Part shown: piece after piece, positions 29,091-39,362 of the stretch
Layout: each line of letters starts with the position of its first letter
Numbering within the stretch: position 1 is the first letter of the stretch
IMG/VR virus record: IMGVR_UViG_3300035661_000011
Coordinates: 90,506-154,505 of that record
Origin: a virus
DNA length: 64,000 nucleotides
Reading direction: 5' to 3' (one strand)
Program-made: the position numbers and the translations under genes
Notes under the pieces: model-generated
Told to the model about the DNA's origin: nothing
The model's input: only the letters and a program-made list of their open reading frames with translations
Databases searched by the model: none

Positions 29091-30767
29091 ATGGCAAACG
29101 TTGTTAAATTACACCCTGAAGAAATAGTGTCTTTAAAGCTAAGATTTGAAGGTATAGCTGAAACCCTTAATCTTGGGGATATCGTTGTTTTTGTCAAAGA
29201 AGAAGATGTACGTGTTGAGTTAGTTGGCCCCGGTAATCCGTTTATCATTTTAGAAAATCGGAAACTCGGGTTCATTGTACCAATGTTTTTCGATCATTCA
29301 AACTGTGATACGTTTGAAACTGTAAGATTATCCAACACTTACAGCTGGATATCAGAGTGTAGAATCGATGAACAGAGCGCAGTAATGTTAACCGCCTACA
29401 TAGGTAGACGATCTACCCGGTCATTCAATGTGGAATTTTATACAGGTGACGATTTGTATGAGGATATGGTCACATTTGTAAACACGTTACGGTGGCTACA
29501 CGAAAGTGATTTTTACAAAAGTCAAAATATTCACCACTGTTACCATCGGGATGAGGCAATGCCTCTACTGGATAAAAATAAACCCATTGATATAAAAGGG
29601 GTTTTACTTAAACAAAAAGCAAAGCGGGACAAATTTAAACACGCAACTACGTTAAACGATAAAACAATTGTCATTCCAAAACACTGGGTGATGGAATTGC
29701 GATTAATGCTAGTACAGGACATTAACTTAGATGATATAGATATCCACTACATCGGTGGACCTAGTAAACAAAAACCTGTATTGGAAAACAATTTATGTAT
29801 TCCAGACTGGCATGACCTTAAAGTGTTTGAAACTGCCGCTGATATAAACTTAACTGACGCAGATAATAACCACGATTTTATTATTTTAGAAAGCGGATGT
29901 GTTGGGTTTGCATTTCTTAACGGTGCAGGTGTTATTAGCTATGTGGTTGGCGATGGGGACATAGATACCGTTCTATGTGACATTAGTGTAGGACGTCTGA
30001 AATGTTTTTTAGAGCTGTACAAATATATGAATGGTGCTAACGGTGCCGAAAACAACTCATTTCATTTAGACCCAGATTTGTTACGTAAGTTACAACTCAG
30101 AACCGTTGGGTTACCAAACTGTGATATTGGAGAACTTTATTTATACGATACATACTGCCAAGTTGATGTATTTTGGGACATAAATAGCATATCTTATACA
30201 ACTAAGTCTATTCCAGACGTATTTATCACAATGTGCGATATGGTTGTTTGGGAAAGAAAAGGTCTATTTTCTGCACACCGTACAACAACCAGTAGAATTG
30301 TCACTGTTAACACACTTGAACAAATCAAAAGTTATGCTACCACCGCAGGTAAGTCTCTGGATCCCGAATCACAAAGTAAACTGTACGGTTGTATTTATTC
30401 TATCGCGGTATGTAGCGAACCTAGACATTATGTTCTTTCAGAAGAAGTGTTAGATGAACTTAAGCTCCAAGTTTTAGATCCGCAATATATACACTCTGTA
30501 GGCGGTTCTGTTAAAGTGTATCCTAATTTAGGTGACGTAACGGAAGCCGAGTTACACAAACCGTTTATCAGCCTAGATTCATGTAGTGTTAATGTAGCGT
30601 TAACCGATGAGGAAAATTCTGAGTTAAAAGAGGTGATGGGAGATAGAGTGGTGGTGTACCCATTGGACAAAGGAAGTTTTACATCTAGTCCAGACTGGGT
30701 ATTGGATGAAGAAAGTAAATTGCGACTGAACGAATATCTGGCGCGACCAGACGTAAAGTTAGTTTAA
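29091..30767 (+). CDS. Hypothetical early protein with repeated domain
   Basis: 558 aa; several copies of a ..L.L......V...(D)..F(I)IL unit. Confidence 0.7.
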   Translation: MANVVKLHPEEIVSLKLRFEGIAETLNLGDIVVFVKEEDVRVELVGPGNPFIILENRKLGFIVPMFFDHSNCDTFETVRLSNTYSWISECRIDEQSAVMLTAYIGRRSTRSFNVEFYTGDDLYEDMVTFVNTLRWLHESDFYKSQNIHHCYHRDEAMPLLDKNKPIDIKGVLLKQKAKRDKFKHATTLNDKTIVIPKHWVMELRLMLVQDINLDDIDIHYIGGPSKQKPVLENNLCIPDWHDLKVFETAADINLTDADNNHDFIILESGCVGFAFLNGAGVISYVVGDGDIDTVLCDISVGRLKCFLELYKYMNGANGAENNSFHLDPDLLRKLQLRTVGLPNCDIGELYLYDTYCQVDVFWDINSISYTTKSIPDVFITMCDMVVWERKGLFSAHRTTTSRIVTVNTLEQIKSYATTAGKSLDPESQSKLYGCIYSIAVCSEPRHYVLSEEVLDELKLQVLDPQYIHSVGGSVKVYPNLGDVTEAELHKPFISLDSCSVNVALTDEENSELKEVMGDRVVVYPLDKGSFTSSPDWVLDEESKLRLNEYLARPDVKLV

Positions 30768-30776
30768 TGATGTTAC

Positions 30777-30806
30777 AGTGGAGTTACACCTAGGTGTAAC
30801 TCCACT
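30777..30806. terminator. Perfect 30-bp palindrome
   Basis: AGTGGAGTTACACCTAGGTGTAACTCCACT. Confidence 0.7.
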
Positions 30807-30822
30807 TATTAAGTGAGGTAAT

Positions 30823-31065
30823 ATGAAATCTTTAAATCATAAATGGCGAATTAGTAACAGTTTTAAAAGAAAGTTGGATAGGAGTAGAGTTTCCAAATTG
30901 TACATCCGACATCCTAAATTAGAACGGTTTAGAAACAACGACAATCCACATAAACGAATACCTTTTAGATTTGGTAAAGGCTCATACCTGAGGCTGCCAA
31001 TTTCTACAAATGTAAAGTTTGTCGGTTGGTGCCTATTAAATTTAACACTAACTCGGAAGGAATAA
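30823..31065 (+). CDS. Small basic hypothetical protein
   Basis: GAGG RBS; K/R-rich. Confidence 0.55.
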   Translation: MKSLNHKWRISNSFKRKLDRSRVSKLYIRHPKLERFRNNDNPHKRIPFRFGKGSYLRLPISTNVKFVGWCLLNLTLTRKE

Positions 31066-31069
31066 TAAC

Positions 31070-31255
31070 GTGCAATACAAAAGTATTAAACGTCGGGTTA
31101 AGAAACAATGGTTTGACATTATTAAAGGATGTGTTCCAAAGATTCAATTTAATAAACGCGCTGGATTTAAAAAGATTGTTTACACTGAATTTGCTAAAAT
31201 TTACGGCACGGCGGAAGAAATTAACGACCGATTTAAATTGGTAATATCTGGGTAA
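31070..31255 (+). CDS. Small basic hypothetical protein
   Basis: AAGGA RBS with GTG start. Confidence 0.45.
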   Translation: MQYKSIKRRVKKQWFDIIKGCVPKIQFNKRAGFKKIVYTEFAKIYGTAEEINDRFKLVISG

Positions 31256-31297
31256 ATATAGTATAGTTTTATATAAAACTCATCATTTAGTTAAACA

Positions 31298-31307
31298 TAT
31301 ATTATCT
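31298..31307 (+). promoter_or_regulatory. Putative early promoter motif
   Basis: AAACA-TATATTATCT followed by a hairpin at 31312-31331. Confidence 0.7.
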
Positions 31308-31357
31308 AGGGGATGTAGCGCGTTCTACATCTTTTATTTAAACAAGAGGAACTTACC

Positions 31358-31567
31358 GTGGAATTAAATTCAAAAGTAGTACCAATGAATACCGTAGTAT
31401 CTGAATTGCGTAAACTAGCAAAAGCTGGTGTACTAACCACCACAATTACATTACACCCTGAAAATATCAATGTTGTAACTTTACACACTGTATCTGATGA
31501 CACCGGCTCAGGTTCTATTTCAGACAAACCAGATAGGAGTTTAGTAGGGTTATTACACGACATGTAA
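31358..31567 (+). CDS. Hypothetical protein
   Basis: GAGGA RBS with GTG start. Confidence 0.6.
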   Translation: MELNSKVVPMNTVVSELRKLAKAGVLTTTITLHPENINVVTLHTVSDDTGSGSISDKPDRSLVGLLHDM

Positions 31568-31643
31568 TCTATAGTTTTACACTGTGTCAATTATGGCAAA
31601 GTGTCTTAATAAACAACAACTTTATTTCAATTGGAGAAACATT

Positions 31644-32513
31644 ATGCAAAATCAAAATCAAAATACCCAACCTATGAATAATGATGAGTATAAGATTGCT
31701 TCTGAGTCAGGTAAGACTATGACTAGTCGTATTCTTGGAACTAAACACTCAACTAACAGTTTGTTTGGGAGAGTTCAAAATGAACATATTCTGGCTACAC
31801 AAAGTGCACCATGTGGACCACTATCACCTAGACAAGAATTCGGTGAAAGTCTTCATAGACACGCTGTTTTAAAACACTTCTACAATCACCCATCATCAGT
31901 GCTACTTAACGGTCAATCCAAAAACTCAGTTCTGGATTGGGCACTAAATGTCGTCGGTGATTACAACGAACGTTACATACTTGATCGTGCTAACGATGTG
32001 CTATTTAATACCCTTAAATCCCCAGCACAAAAACGATATTACACCACTATGTGTACTTTGCGTGAGTCTATTTTGATTGACGAAAATTTACGCGGCAGTG
32101 TACCTGAATGGGCAGAATATGTGTACTCTATGGCAATGCAAATACGCGGGCATTATTTACCAGCCGCCCTCATAACCCACATTTGTGACCTATACCGTTT
32201 ATCGTTCGTTATTTATGCCGACGGTAGCCATTATTATAATGCTTCTCGTACTGTGGCGTTAGGCGACAAACTATCATATTCAGATCGTGTATCGTGGAGA
32301 ATGTATCGAAAGGCATTAAAACAAATTGTACACTTGTTGGGAACACGTCCCTTTTGTAGTTCATCCATTGACCAAAATAAAGTGTTCCACGTGTTACGTC
32401 ATCATCCATATAAAATTCTCAAACTACTAACTGTTCCAATTCGCAATGTAAATGAGTTAAATAAACGCACGCAAAATATTAACACCCTTTTATTAGCGTT
32501 ACAGAAAGTGTAA
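31644..32513 (+). CDS. Hypothetical protein
   Basis: GGAG RBS before ATG31644; ORF track 31584..32513. Confidence 0.7.
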   Translation: MQNQNQNTQPMNNDEYKIASESGKTMTSRILGTKHSTNSLFGRVQNEHILATQSAPCGPLSPRQEFGESLHRHAVLKHFYNHPSSVLLNGQSKNSVLDWALNVVGDYNERYILDRANDVLFNTLKSPAQKRYYTTMCTLRESILIDENLRGSVPEWAEYVYSMAMQIRGHYLPAALITHICDLYRLSFVIYADGSHYYNASRTVALGDKLSYSDRVSWRMYRKALKQIVHLLGTRPFCSSSIDQNKVFHVLRHHPYKILKLLTVPIRNVNELNKRTQNINTLLLALQKV

Positions 32514-32530
32514 ATCTTACACCATCGTTT

Positions 32531-32562
32531 GTGTACACCCAGGATTAATCCTGGGTGTACAC
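32531..32562. terminator. Perfect 32-bp palindrome between convergent genes
   Basis: GTGTACACCCAGGATTAATCCTGGGTGTACAC plus T-tract. Confidence 0.75.
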
Positions 32563-32574
32563 TATTATTTTTTT

Positions 32575-33399
32575 TTACCCTAACTGTTTTTTTATTTTCT
32601 TTAACGTTTCATCTTGTGCATTCTCTGCCACTTTAACTAAATGTATAGTTGTAGCTAACAACTCAAGTTCCTTAGCAGCTTGCCAAGTTAAAGCAGAGAT
32701 TAACTCTGTCTTTTCTACAGGTAGTGAATCCATGTGATTTTCAATTCCTTTAAACTCAGTTAAGCGTTTAATGTTCTTAGCTAAGTCTGTAGATTTCTGA
32801 TACAAGTTTCCTTCTAATAGCTTGTAACACATTCCAGTTAAATCTTCTATCAGATTATTTACTTTCTTTAATGTAGTAACATCTCTAAATATATCTTCAT
32901 AACGTCTTTCTGCAAGACCTGTACCTGGTGAACTATTAAAAAATACTTTTAACGATTTGTTGTTATCCTCAACAGTTTTATTAAAAGCTGGAAGTATCCA
33001 AACTTTCTCACCATACCCAGGTGTGGTGGCCATATTTAAAGCCCATACATTTAATGGCGTAAGTAATCGAACATCTATATCTTTTAATGAAGTTAAGATA
33101 TAGTGTAGGTGCTCCAGGTACTTAACGTAATCTTTACTTATGTACTCTGGCGTATAGATTGTGAAGTGTTCTAACTCAGTGCGTTTTAAGGTCGATAATA
33201 TCTTAACCGCTACATCTGTATCGGATTTTAATAATCCAACCGGTAGCACCTTTGTGCTAAGCATACTGGCTAAGTTAGAAACATATCCACTAAGGTAATT
33301 AGACATACCCTGTATATTAAGTCCTTCCAAACCTATCTCTTCTGGAAGTTCAAATTGTTGTGGGACTGGTGGAAAAAAATTAATTGTTGGCGTGTCCAT
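32575..33399 (-). CDS. Putative internal head protein (phiKZ gp153-like)
   Basis: Divergent from UvsX; N-terminal IGLE motif like prohead-protease propeptide sites. Confidence 0.55.
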   Translation of the reverse strand: MDTPTINFFPPVPQQFELPEEIGLEGLNIQGMSNYLSGYVSNLASMLSTKVLPVGLLKSDTDVAVKILSTLKRTELEHFTIYTPEYISKDYVKYLEHLHYILTSLKDIDVRLLTPLNVWALNMATTPGYGEKVWILPAFNKTVEDNNKSLKVFFNSSPGTGLAERRYEDIFRDVTTLKKVNNLIEDLTGMCYKLLEGNLYQKSTDLAKNIKRLTEFKGIENHMDSLPVEKTELISALTWQAAKELELLATTIHLVKVAENAQDETLKKIKKQLG

Positions 33400-33456
33400 T
33401 GTGTGCTCTCATGCAAGTGGTAATGAATTTAGTAACATAATAATAAAGGCGGAAAT

Positions 33457-34962
33457 ATGAGATTTGGAGATAAAATTACACCAATCCCAACAGTAGCACC
33501 AGCATTTAATGTTGGCGGAATGTTAGATATACCAACTGGAACATATTACATTGGTAAATACGGACAAAGTGTTCTCAATGGTGGTTTCGGTGATAGCGCA
33601 TCTATAGTGGGCGTTGGTAATAGTTATAAGTCTACACTCGTGGCGGCAATTCATTTAATCGTAGTAGAGCGTATTGCTCAAGCTGAGAATATAAACTACG
33701 ATACGGAAAATGTTCACACATATATGCGCACTATGGCGTTATGTAAACGTTTACCAAATCTAAGTCAAATTGATTTTTGTAATCCAGCTGATGAAAGACG
33801 TAATCGCGTAATGACTACATCGTCTAGTACGATTGATGGAAATGGTAAGATTTTATACGGTGATAGATTCCATGAGCAAGTAGCTAAGTATGCACGAGAA
33901 GTGTATGCTCAGAAGAAACCGGTCTGGTACACCACTCCATTCAGAGAAGGACTTAAACCTATTATGATGCGTGCACCAACCACTGTGTCATACGATTCTT
34001 TTTCAAAGATGAAGTTTTCAGGAATTGAAGAGGGTAAAAAAGATGACCATAAAATCGGTGATAGTGAACGTAACACTGTGTCATTAGATGAGGGTAGATT
34101 AAAGACTCAGATGAACAATGAAATGCCAGGTTTAAGTAGACTTGGTGAACTTAGAATTACCATGACCGCACACACTGACAAAAGTGTTAACATGGAAGGG
34201 AAATACGCCACAGAGAAACCAAAATTAACACACGGTAAAAAAGATTACCAGATTAAAGGTGTTGGTACTGCATTTATGCAAATTAACGAATGGATTTTAG
34301 ATATACAAAGTTCAGTGAAGTTAGAAGATAAAGATAAGTGTCCAGAGTACCCATTAGATGATTCTGAAAGAAATGACCGTTGTAAAGATTTAAATCTAAT
34401 CACCGCTGTAATTACCCGTAACAAAAAAGGTGCTAGTGGCACTGTATTAAAATTGGTAGTATCACAAAGTGAAGGGTATTTACCACACGTCAGTATGTTT
34501 CGTTTACTTAAAGAAGATGATTATGGTCTAATTAAAAAAGGTCATCATTATTCATCTATGTTACTACCAGATGTTTCATTGCAAAGGACTACTTTACGGA
34601 AGCAAATAAATGAAAATTATGCTTTACGTAGAGCGTTAGAAATTACATCTGAAATGTTACAAATGCAGTATTTGTTTTCTCCTGCTGGAAAGCAATATTT
34701 ATGTACCCCTGAAGACCTCTACAACGATTTAATAGCTATGGGTTACGATTGGGATACACTACTTAATAAAACCAGAGGATACTGGATTTTTGAGGAAGAA
34801 GATAACAATAACTTACCGTTCCTTTCCACTATGGATTTACTCCGTATGAGAGGTGGTGTGTATACACCATACTGGTTAAAACAACCATACATTAAACAAG
34901 CTAGCGGATACTTAAAAGAAATTTTAAGTACAATTCCTGAATCCCAATTAAGAGATAAATAA
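33457..34962 (+). CDS. uvsX: UvsX/RecA-like recombinase (phiKZ gp152-like)
   Basis: NVG..LDIPTG, Walker A GVGNSYKST, YDTE, Walker B SYDSFS, RNK.G.SG. Confidence 0.85.
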   Translation: MRFGDKITPIPTVAPAFNVGGMLDIPTGTYYIGKYGQSVLNGGFGDSASIVGVGNSYKSTLVAAIHLIVVERIAQAENINYDTENVHTYMRTMALCKRLPNLSQIDFCNPADERRNRVMTTSSSTIDGNGKILYGDRFHEQVAKYAREVYAQKKPVWYTTPFREGLKPIMMRAPTTVSYDSFSKMKFSGIEEGKKDDHKIGDSERNTVSLDEGRLKTQMNNEMPGLSRLGELRITMTAHTDKSVNMEGKYATEKPKLTHGKKDYQIKGVGTAFMQINEWILDIQSSVKLEDKDKCPEYPLDDSERNDRCKDLNLITAVITRNKKGASGTVLKLVVSQSEGYLPHVSMFRLLKEDDYGLIKKGHHYSSMLLPDVSLQRTTLRKQINENYALRRALEITSEMLQMQYLFSPAGKQYLCTPEDLYNDLIAMGYDWDTLLNKTRGYWIFEEEDNNNLPFLSTMDLLRMRGGVYTPYWLKQPYIKQASGYLKEILSTIPESQLRDK

Positions 34963-34963
34963 A

Positions 34964-35275
34964 ATGAAACAAGAATACATCAATAGCGTATTGTGTCTTA
35001 TTGAAAAAGACATTGAAGAAACATACGGAAGTCGCAGTGTAAATAAATTACGGGCTGTAATAAACGCTACGTCTAATGGAGAAACCCTTAGAGTGGCTAA
35101 TGGTGGAAGTCATCAAATTAGTTGGTTAAATTCTACATTAACTGACATCTTGTGTCAATTTGACAATACTACAGAAACCAGACTTTGGTTAGAGGATACA
35201 GCTGATGTCCCAGCGTATGTATCAATGTTTAAAGAAAATGTAACCCCTACACTCCGTGAATTAAAAATCATCTAA
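34964..35275 (+). CDS. Hypothetical protein
   Basis: ORF track; in operon. Confidence 0.65.
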   Translation: MKQEYINSVLCLIEKDIEETYGSRSVNKLRAVINATSNGETLRVANGGSHQISWLNSTLTDILCQFDNTTETRLWLEDTADVPAYVSMFKENVTPTLRELKII

Positions 35276-35284
35276 GGTACACTT

Positions 35285-35953
35285 ATGTCTAAAAGAAAAG
35301 AAGCCACAGCGTACTGGTTAGCTCTAATGAAAGAGTGTAAACCAGGAAATAGAAATATTGCTGTATACGATAAATACCTCAATGGGTTATCTGATAAAGA
35401 GTTCAGTAATTTAATGTTAGAAACTTGTGAAAAGGGTGGTGTAACACTACCTTATACTTGTCCTAATATTGAAGACCCGGATGTAGAGATTGAGACTTGT
35501 TTCAAGATTGCAAAACGTTTAAAGATAAACTTCTTTCAGCGTATAATTGAAACAAGCCCTGTAACTGGGGTTAAAAAGATGTCACCTGTAGCATACCCTG
35601 TATTACGTGCCCAAGTGCGTAGACAGTCACAACATGTTACTAAAGGTAAGTCTGTAGCTGAAAACACACGGTTTACGGATAACTTATCAGGTCAAGCAAT
35701 CGGCATATCTAAAACGGCTAAGATATCACAACCTGAATTAGGTGTATTAAAAGACCAAGGTCAAGTCCACGCTATATACGAATTCACAGGAGTTCGTGGT
35801 GGTAACACTAAAGGTTTACGTGAAGCTAAACGCACACTTATAAACAATGGGTCGTATAGTTTAGAAGATATTAAAAAACTAGGTACTCGTTCCGAATCAC
35901 TAGCCACAGCTAATATGATTTTTCGTGGGATGATGTATAAGTCAAATCTATAA
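35285..35953 (+). CDS. Virion RNA polymerase beta C-terminal subunit (phiKZ gp149-like)
   Basis: VRRQ.QHV.K..SV......DNLSGQ..G.SK..KIS.PE...L.....E....RGG parallels the RpoB C-terminal region; synteny with UvsX. Confidence 0.75.
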   Translation: MSKRKEATAYWLALMKECKPGNRNIAVYDKYLNGLSDKEFSNLMLETCEKGGVTLPYTCPNIEDPDVEIETCFKIAKRLKINFFQRIIETSPVTGVKKMSPVAYPVLRAQVRRQSQHVTKGKSVAENTRFTDNLSGQAIGISKTAKISQPELGVLKDQGQVHAIYEFTGVRGGNTKGLREAKRTLINNGSYSLEDIKKLGTRSESLATANMIFRGMMYKSNL

Positions 35954-35965
35954 CAAGGTGTACAA

Positions 35966-36721
35966 ATGCGTCCATTAAAAATATTAGTTGGGTTAGATAG
36001 TCTACTCGATACACGCTTGGTTTGTGTTGGTATGATAAATCCAGACCACGTAATACCATTGTTAAAACGCGGATATAGAGAACGGATGCATAACAAGTTA
36101 TCATTGATTTTACCTGAGATTAACGATGAAGCTGTAGAAGCATTGTTTGCTGAACGCGATATGCCTATGGTGAAACTATCTCGTAGTACAAATATTGTGC
36201 ACCTGTTAGCTGAACGTATAGTCGAATCTCAAATATCTGGTGATACAAGACCCGATAGCAGAGAGATTACGATTATATTAAACACGTATCCGTACTCTAT
36301 ATCAAAACAAGAAGTGTTAGCTTTTGCAAATGGTTTATCAGAAGTGTTTAAAACAAAAAAGATAACTCGGGTACATTTACCTACCGAAGAACTAACACCG
36401 AAATATTTACGTGAAAACTATAGTCGTTATATAACACACGACTTAAACGAATGGCTAGGTGTACATCAGGTAAACTTAATAGAAGACCCAATGCCACTGT
36501 TTACAATTATCTCACCGAAGTGTATACTAGACCCCGTAAAGTTTACTGACATTATAGATGCAGATAATAAAGGTGATAAAGACCATTACAACAAATGCTT
36601 CGATGTTGTTTTTGAGTCGTTAAAAAGAAATACTTCGAAGTATGTAGAACTAGAATTCTGTCCACTAGCAGATTTCTCAATGACAATCCCACATTCAGCT
36701 GTAAGTAAAGAAAAGGAATAG
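35966..36721 (+). CDS. Conserved phiKZ-like hypothetical protein
   Basis: LV.LDSLLDTRL N-terminus; LNTYPY. Confidence 0.65.
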   Translation: MRPLKILVGLDSLLDTRLVCVGMINPDHVIPLLKRGYRERMHNKLSLILPEINDEAVEALFAERDMPMVKLSRSTNIVHLLAERIVESQISGDTRPDSREITIILNTYPYSISKQEVLAFANGLSEVFKTKKITRVHLPTEELTPKYLRENYSRYITHDLNEWLGVHQVNLIEDPMPLFTIISPKCILDPVKFTDIIDADNKGDKDHYNKCFDVVFESLKRNTSKYVELEFCPLADFSMTIPHSAVSKEKE

Positions 36722-36724
36722 TTT

Positions 36725-37030
36725 ATGTTGTCCGATGAAGAGATTCAATCCTTGTTAGAAACGCATAGTGGTTTAACACTACTATACTTTATGCACGATA
36801 ACTGTGCTCCATGTAAAGTATTTAAACCAATTGTTAATAAAGTAATTGACTCGTACAATGGTCGTATTACACTTGCGGTGGTTGATGTTACACAAAGTGT
36901 GATTGCTAGAAATTACAGTGTGCGAAGTGTTCCAACTGTTATGTTATTTAAAGATGGGGTTTTAGTTGAAACTCACTCCGGTACTATGTCTGAAGTAGAA
37001 TTTAGTACGATGCTAAAAGTTAATTTGTAA
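36725..37030 (+). CDS. trxA: Thioredoxin
   Basis: CAPC active site; Y.VRSVPT.MLFKDG. Confidence 0.85.
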   Translation: MLSDEEIQSLLETHSGLTLLYFMHDNCAPCKVFKPIVNKVIDSYNGRITLAVVDVTQSVIARNYSVRSVPTVMLFKDGVLVETHSGTMSEVEFSTMLKVNL

Positions 37031-37040
37031 ATTAAATTGT

Positions 37041-37107
37041 CATGTACAGTGCCTACGTTAACGTAGGCACTGTACATGTTCATTTTCTTTAAAGACATAT
37101 ATTATCT
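37041..37107 (+). promoter_or_regulatory. Perfect 38-bp palindrome (37041-37078) followed by an early promoter motif (37098-37107)
   Basis: CATGTACAGTGCCTACGTTAACGTAGGCACTGTACATG, then TATATTATCT. Confidence 0.7.
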
Positions 37108-37243
37108 AGTTGTATAAACAATTTACTAAAGTAACTATGTGTTATTAACGTAACATTTTATCATCTTTTTATATTTAATACAGTTATTGTTTATACAGGT
37201 AACATACATTGTATCAATATTTTTTCACCTAATGGAGTCAACT

Positions 37244-37753
37244 ATGTCACGAATTTCAAACTCTGGGTTTAATTACCTACTAAATATACTTAGCACTATC
37301 GTTAGACAAGATGTACGCTATCTAAGCTGTGCGTTCCAAATGTACCAGCTGAAACATGAAACACAATCTGTATTATTAGCCGTAAATCCTCCCAATTTCG
37401 AATACGACTTAATCACTTCGGAATCACAGTGGCAAGCGATTAAAGATAAAATGCACACTATGCCGATTGTCACACAAGTGCATCCAAGACTACTGACTGA
37501 TATACAAAAGTCCAATGTGTTTTCTGAATTAGAAAAAATAACAATGGATTTCTTTACATTGTCATGTATGACGCCAGAAATGTTTGCTCATCTATGGGAA
37601 AATGTAATTTACTCTGTCACTGGTAAAGAGGTTGACATGACTGCGGTTGGTGGTTACGTTGAAGATATCTTTTTACAAGAACGTTGGATTTTAACTGTAG
37701 TGTTACTCGAACTTCTTCCACCTGGCACATTTGGTATAGCTGAAGAACAGTAA
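37244..37753 (+). CDS. Hypothetical protein
   Basis: GGAG RBS before ATG37244; ORF track 37187..37753. Confidence 0.65.
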   Translation: MSRISNSGFNYLLNILSTIVRQDVRYLSCAFQMYQLKHETQSVLLAVNPPNFEYDLITSESQWQAIKDKMHTMPIVTQVHPRLLTDIQKSNVFSELEKITMDFFTLSCMTPEMFAHLWENVIYSVTGKEVDMTAVGGYVEDIFLQERWILTVVLLELLPPGTFGIAEEQ

Positions 37754-37754
37754 C

Positions 37755-38159
37755 TCAATCAGTATACTCTCCCATAATCTCAGCGTAAGTAAATTCTTCC
37801 TGCATGGTACTTGTCTCACCAGGAAGAATTTGTATATCTGGTAATACAACTGTAAACCCTAGTGCTCTACCGTTAGTTACAGGGGCATCAATATAATCAT
37901 GATGTACACTTGGCATTTGGTTAGCAAAAGCCTGTAGTACACCTCTAGCAATTTCATTTTGTATAGTTGCATTGGAGTTATCTTGGTTAAGTCTTTTCTG
38001 TGTAAGTGCTGTTCTAGCCAAGACTGTTGTAGCTGCAATTCTATCTTTAGTCGGAGTATTATTATCGTTAGCAAATCCGCAAAGGATATTTTGTGTAAAC
38101 GATAGTACATCGTCTGGGTTACTAACGTTCGGTAAACTTAATTCTAGAGTGTCTGTCAT
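37755..38159 (-). CDS. Hypothetical protein
   Basis: ORF track; AAGGA RBS on the minus strand. Confidence 0.65.
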   Translation of the reverse strand: MTDTLELSLPNVSNPDDVLSFTQNILCGFANDNNTPTKDRIAATTVLARTALTQKRLNQDNSNATIQNEIARGVLQAFANQMPSVHHDYIDAPVTNGRALGFTVVLPDIQILPGETSTMQEEFTYAEIMGEYTD

Positions 38160-38697
38160 GGTAAAATTCCTTGTACTAGTTATAAATTGGTTAAACGGAT
38201 ATGGTTTTAAACTGTATCCAAAGTGTAAAAAAGAATTATATTTTTCACATTTAGATAACGATATGTTGAATTTAGATAAAGCGTTGGCTATGTCTGGTTT
38301 ATTAGTGGGGGAACTTCGCTACACATCATTAAGTTATAAGGGGTTGAGTAAGTTTAAGTACGAGTTTCATATAAGTAGTTTATCTGATTTACTAACGTCT
38401 TTAAATACTCAGTTACATTGGATGTTTGACAACGATGGAGTGTGTAACAATACAAATCGCGTTATGCAAGAGGCTACAACGTACAGGTTAGACACATGGT
38501 GTTTATCTGGTATGGAAAACCACAATTACATCAGTCTGATTGTGGCATGGAAAAGAGCATTAGTTTACATTCAAGAAATAAATAAGTTAACTAAAAGTGG
38601 GGTCCATAGAAATTACGTTAATAGAACCTTATTTTTTGAATTAGACACTTTTCTAAAACTGACTGAATTCATTTTGGAGGAAGAACTACATGAGTAA
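38158..38697 (+). CDS. Hypothetical protein (start uncertain)
   Basis: 3' part of ORF 37972..38697. Confidence 0.55.
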   Translation: MVKFLVLVINWLNGYGFKLYPKCKKELYFSHLDNDMLNLDKALAMSGLLVGELRYTSLSYKGLSKFKYEFHISSLSDLLTSLNTQLHWMFDNDGVCNNTNRVMQEATTYRLDTWCLSGMENHNYISLIVAWKRALVYIQEINKLTKSGVHRNYVNRTLFFELDTFLKLTEFILEEELHE

Positions 38698-39301
38698 ATC
38701 TGTAAACCCTATGGCTAGTTTACTAGCATCTGGTAGCTATGGCATTCTAGCAGCTTCGTTATCTTTAACGAAGGCTTATAGACAATTAACATTTCAAGTA
38801 GTAAATGGTAAATCCCACGAGTTTCAAACACGAATGAACTTGTGGATAGATAGAACCTATACAAACATTACACCAAGAAAAAAATGTAGTATCAATGGAA
38901 ACGTCACTAGAGCTTTAGCTAAGGATAGGTTATCATGGGGGATGTTTATGAAAGGTATAGACATATTGGGGTATACCAAAGTTTATATAAAAATGGTGTT
39001 TCTTAAAAAGAACTCAGTGCACACAGGTGTGTATACTGTTAATAAAACATATAAAGCGTTACTCAATGGAGAAGGTTATAGTAGGGGAGAAATACTCATA
39101 TATTCTGTAACCTGTGATTTTGAAGATAATAGCGTTGTGTATGAGTTGTGGTTTAATAGAACTACTAACAAGATGATAACAAACTTATCTACACTAAACG
39201 GATTGCGTGAACTTAATGATACTCAGGAAATAGATATCCTTATTCCAGATGTAGGAATAGAGTATAGTAAAACTGACGATTTATCTGACATAGAAGAGTA
39301 A
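38690..39301 (+). CDS. Conserved phiKZ-like hypothetical protein
   Basis: GGAGG RBS; GN..RALAKD.LSW..FMKG..IL motif. Confidence 0.65.
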   Translation: MSKSVNPMASLLASGSYGILAASLSLTKAYRQLTFQVVNGKSHEFQTRMNLWIDRTYTNITPRKKCSINGNVTRALAKDRLSWGMFMKGIDILGYTKVYIKMVFLKKNSVHTGVYTVNKTYKALLNGEGYSRGEILIYSVTCDFEDNSVVYELWFNRTTNKMITNLSTLNGLRELNDTQEIDILIPDVGIEYSKTDDLSDIEE

Positions 39302-39362
39302 CTATATACGTTGATAGCACACTGCCATCAACGTATTTTTTTTTTAATTTAAAGAGGCGCTA

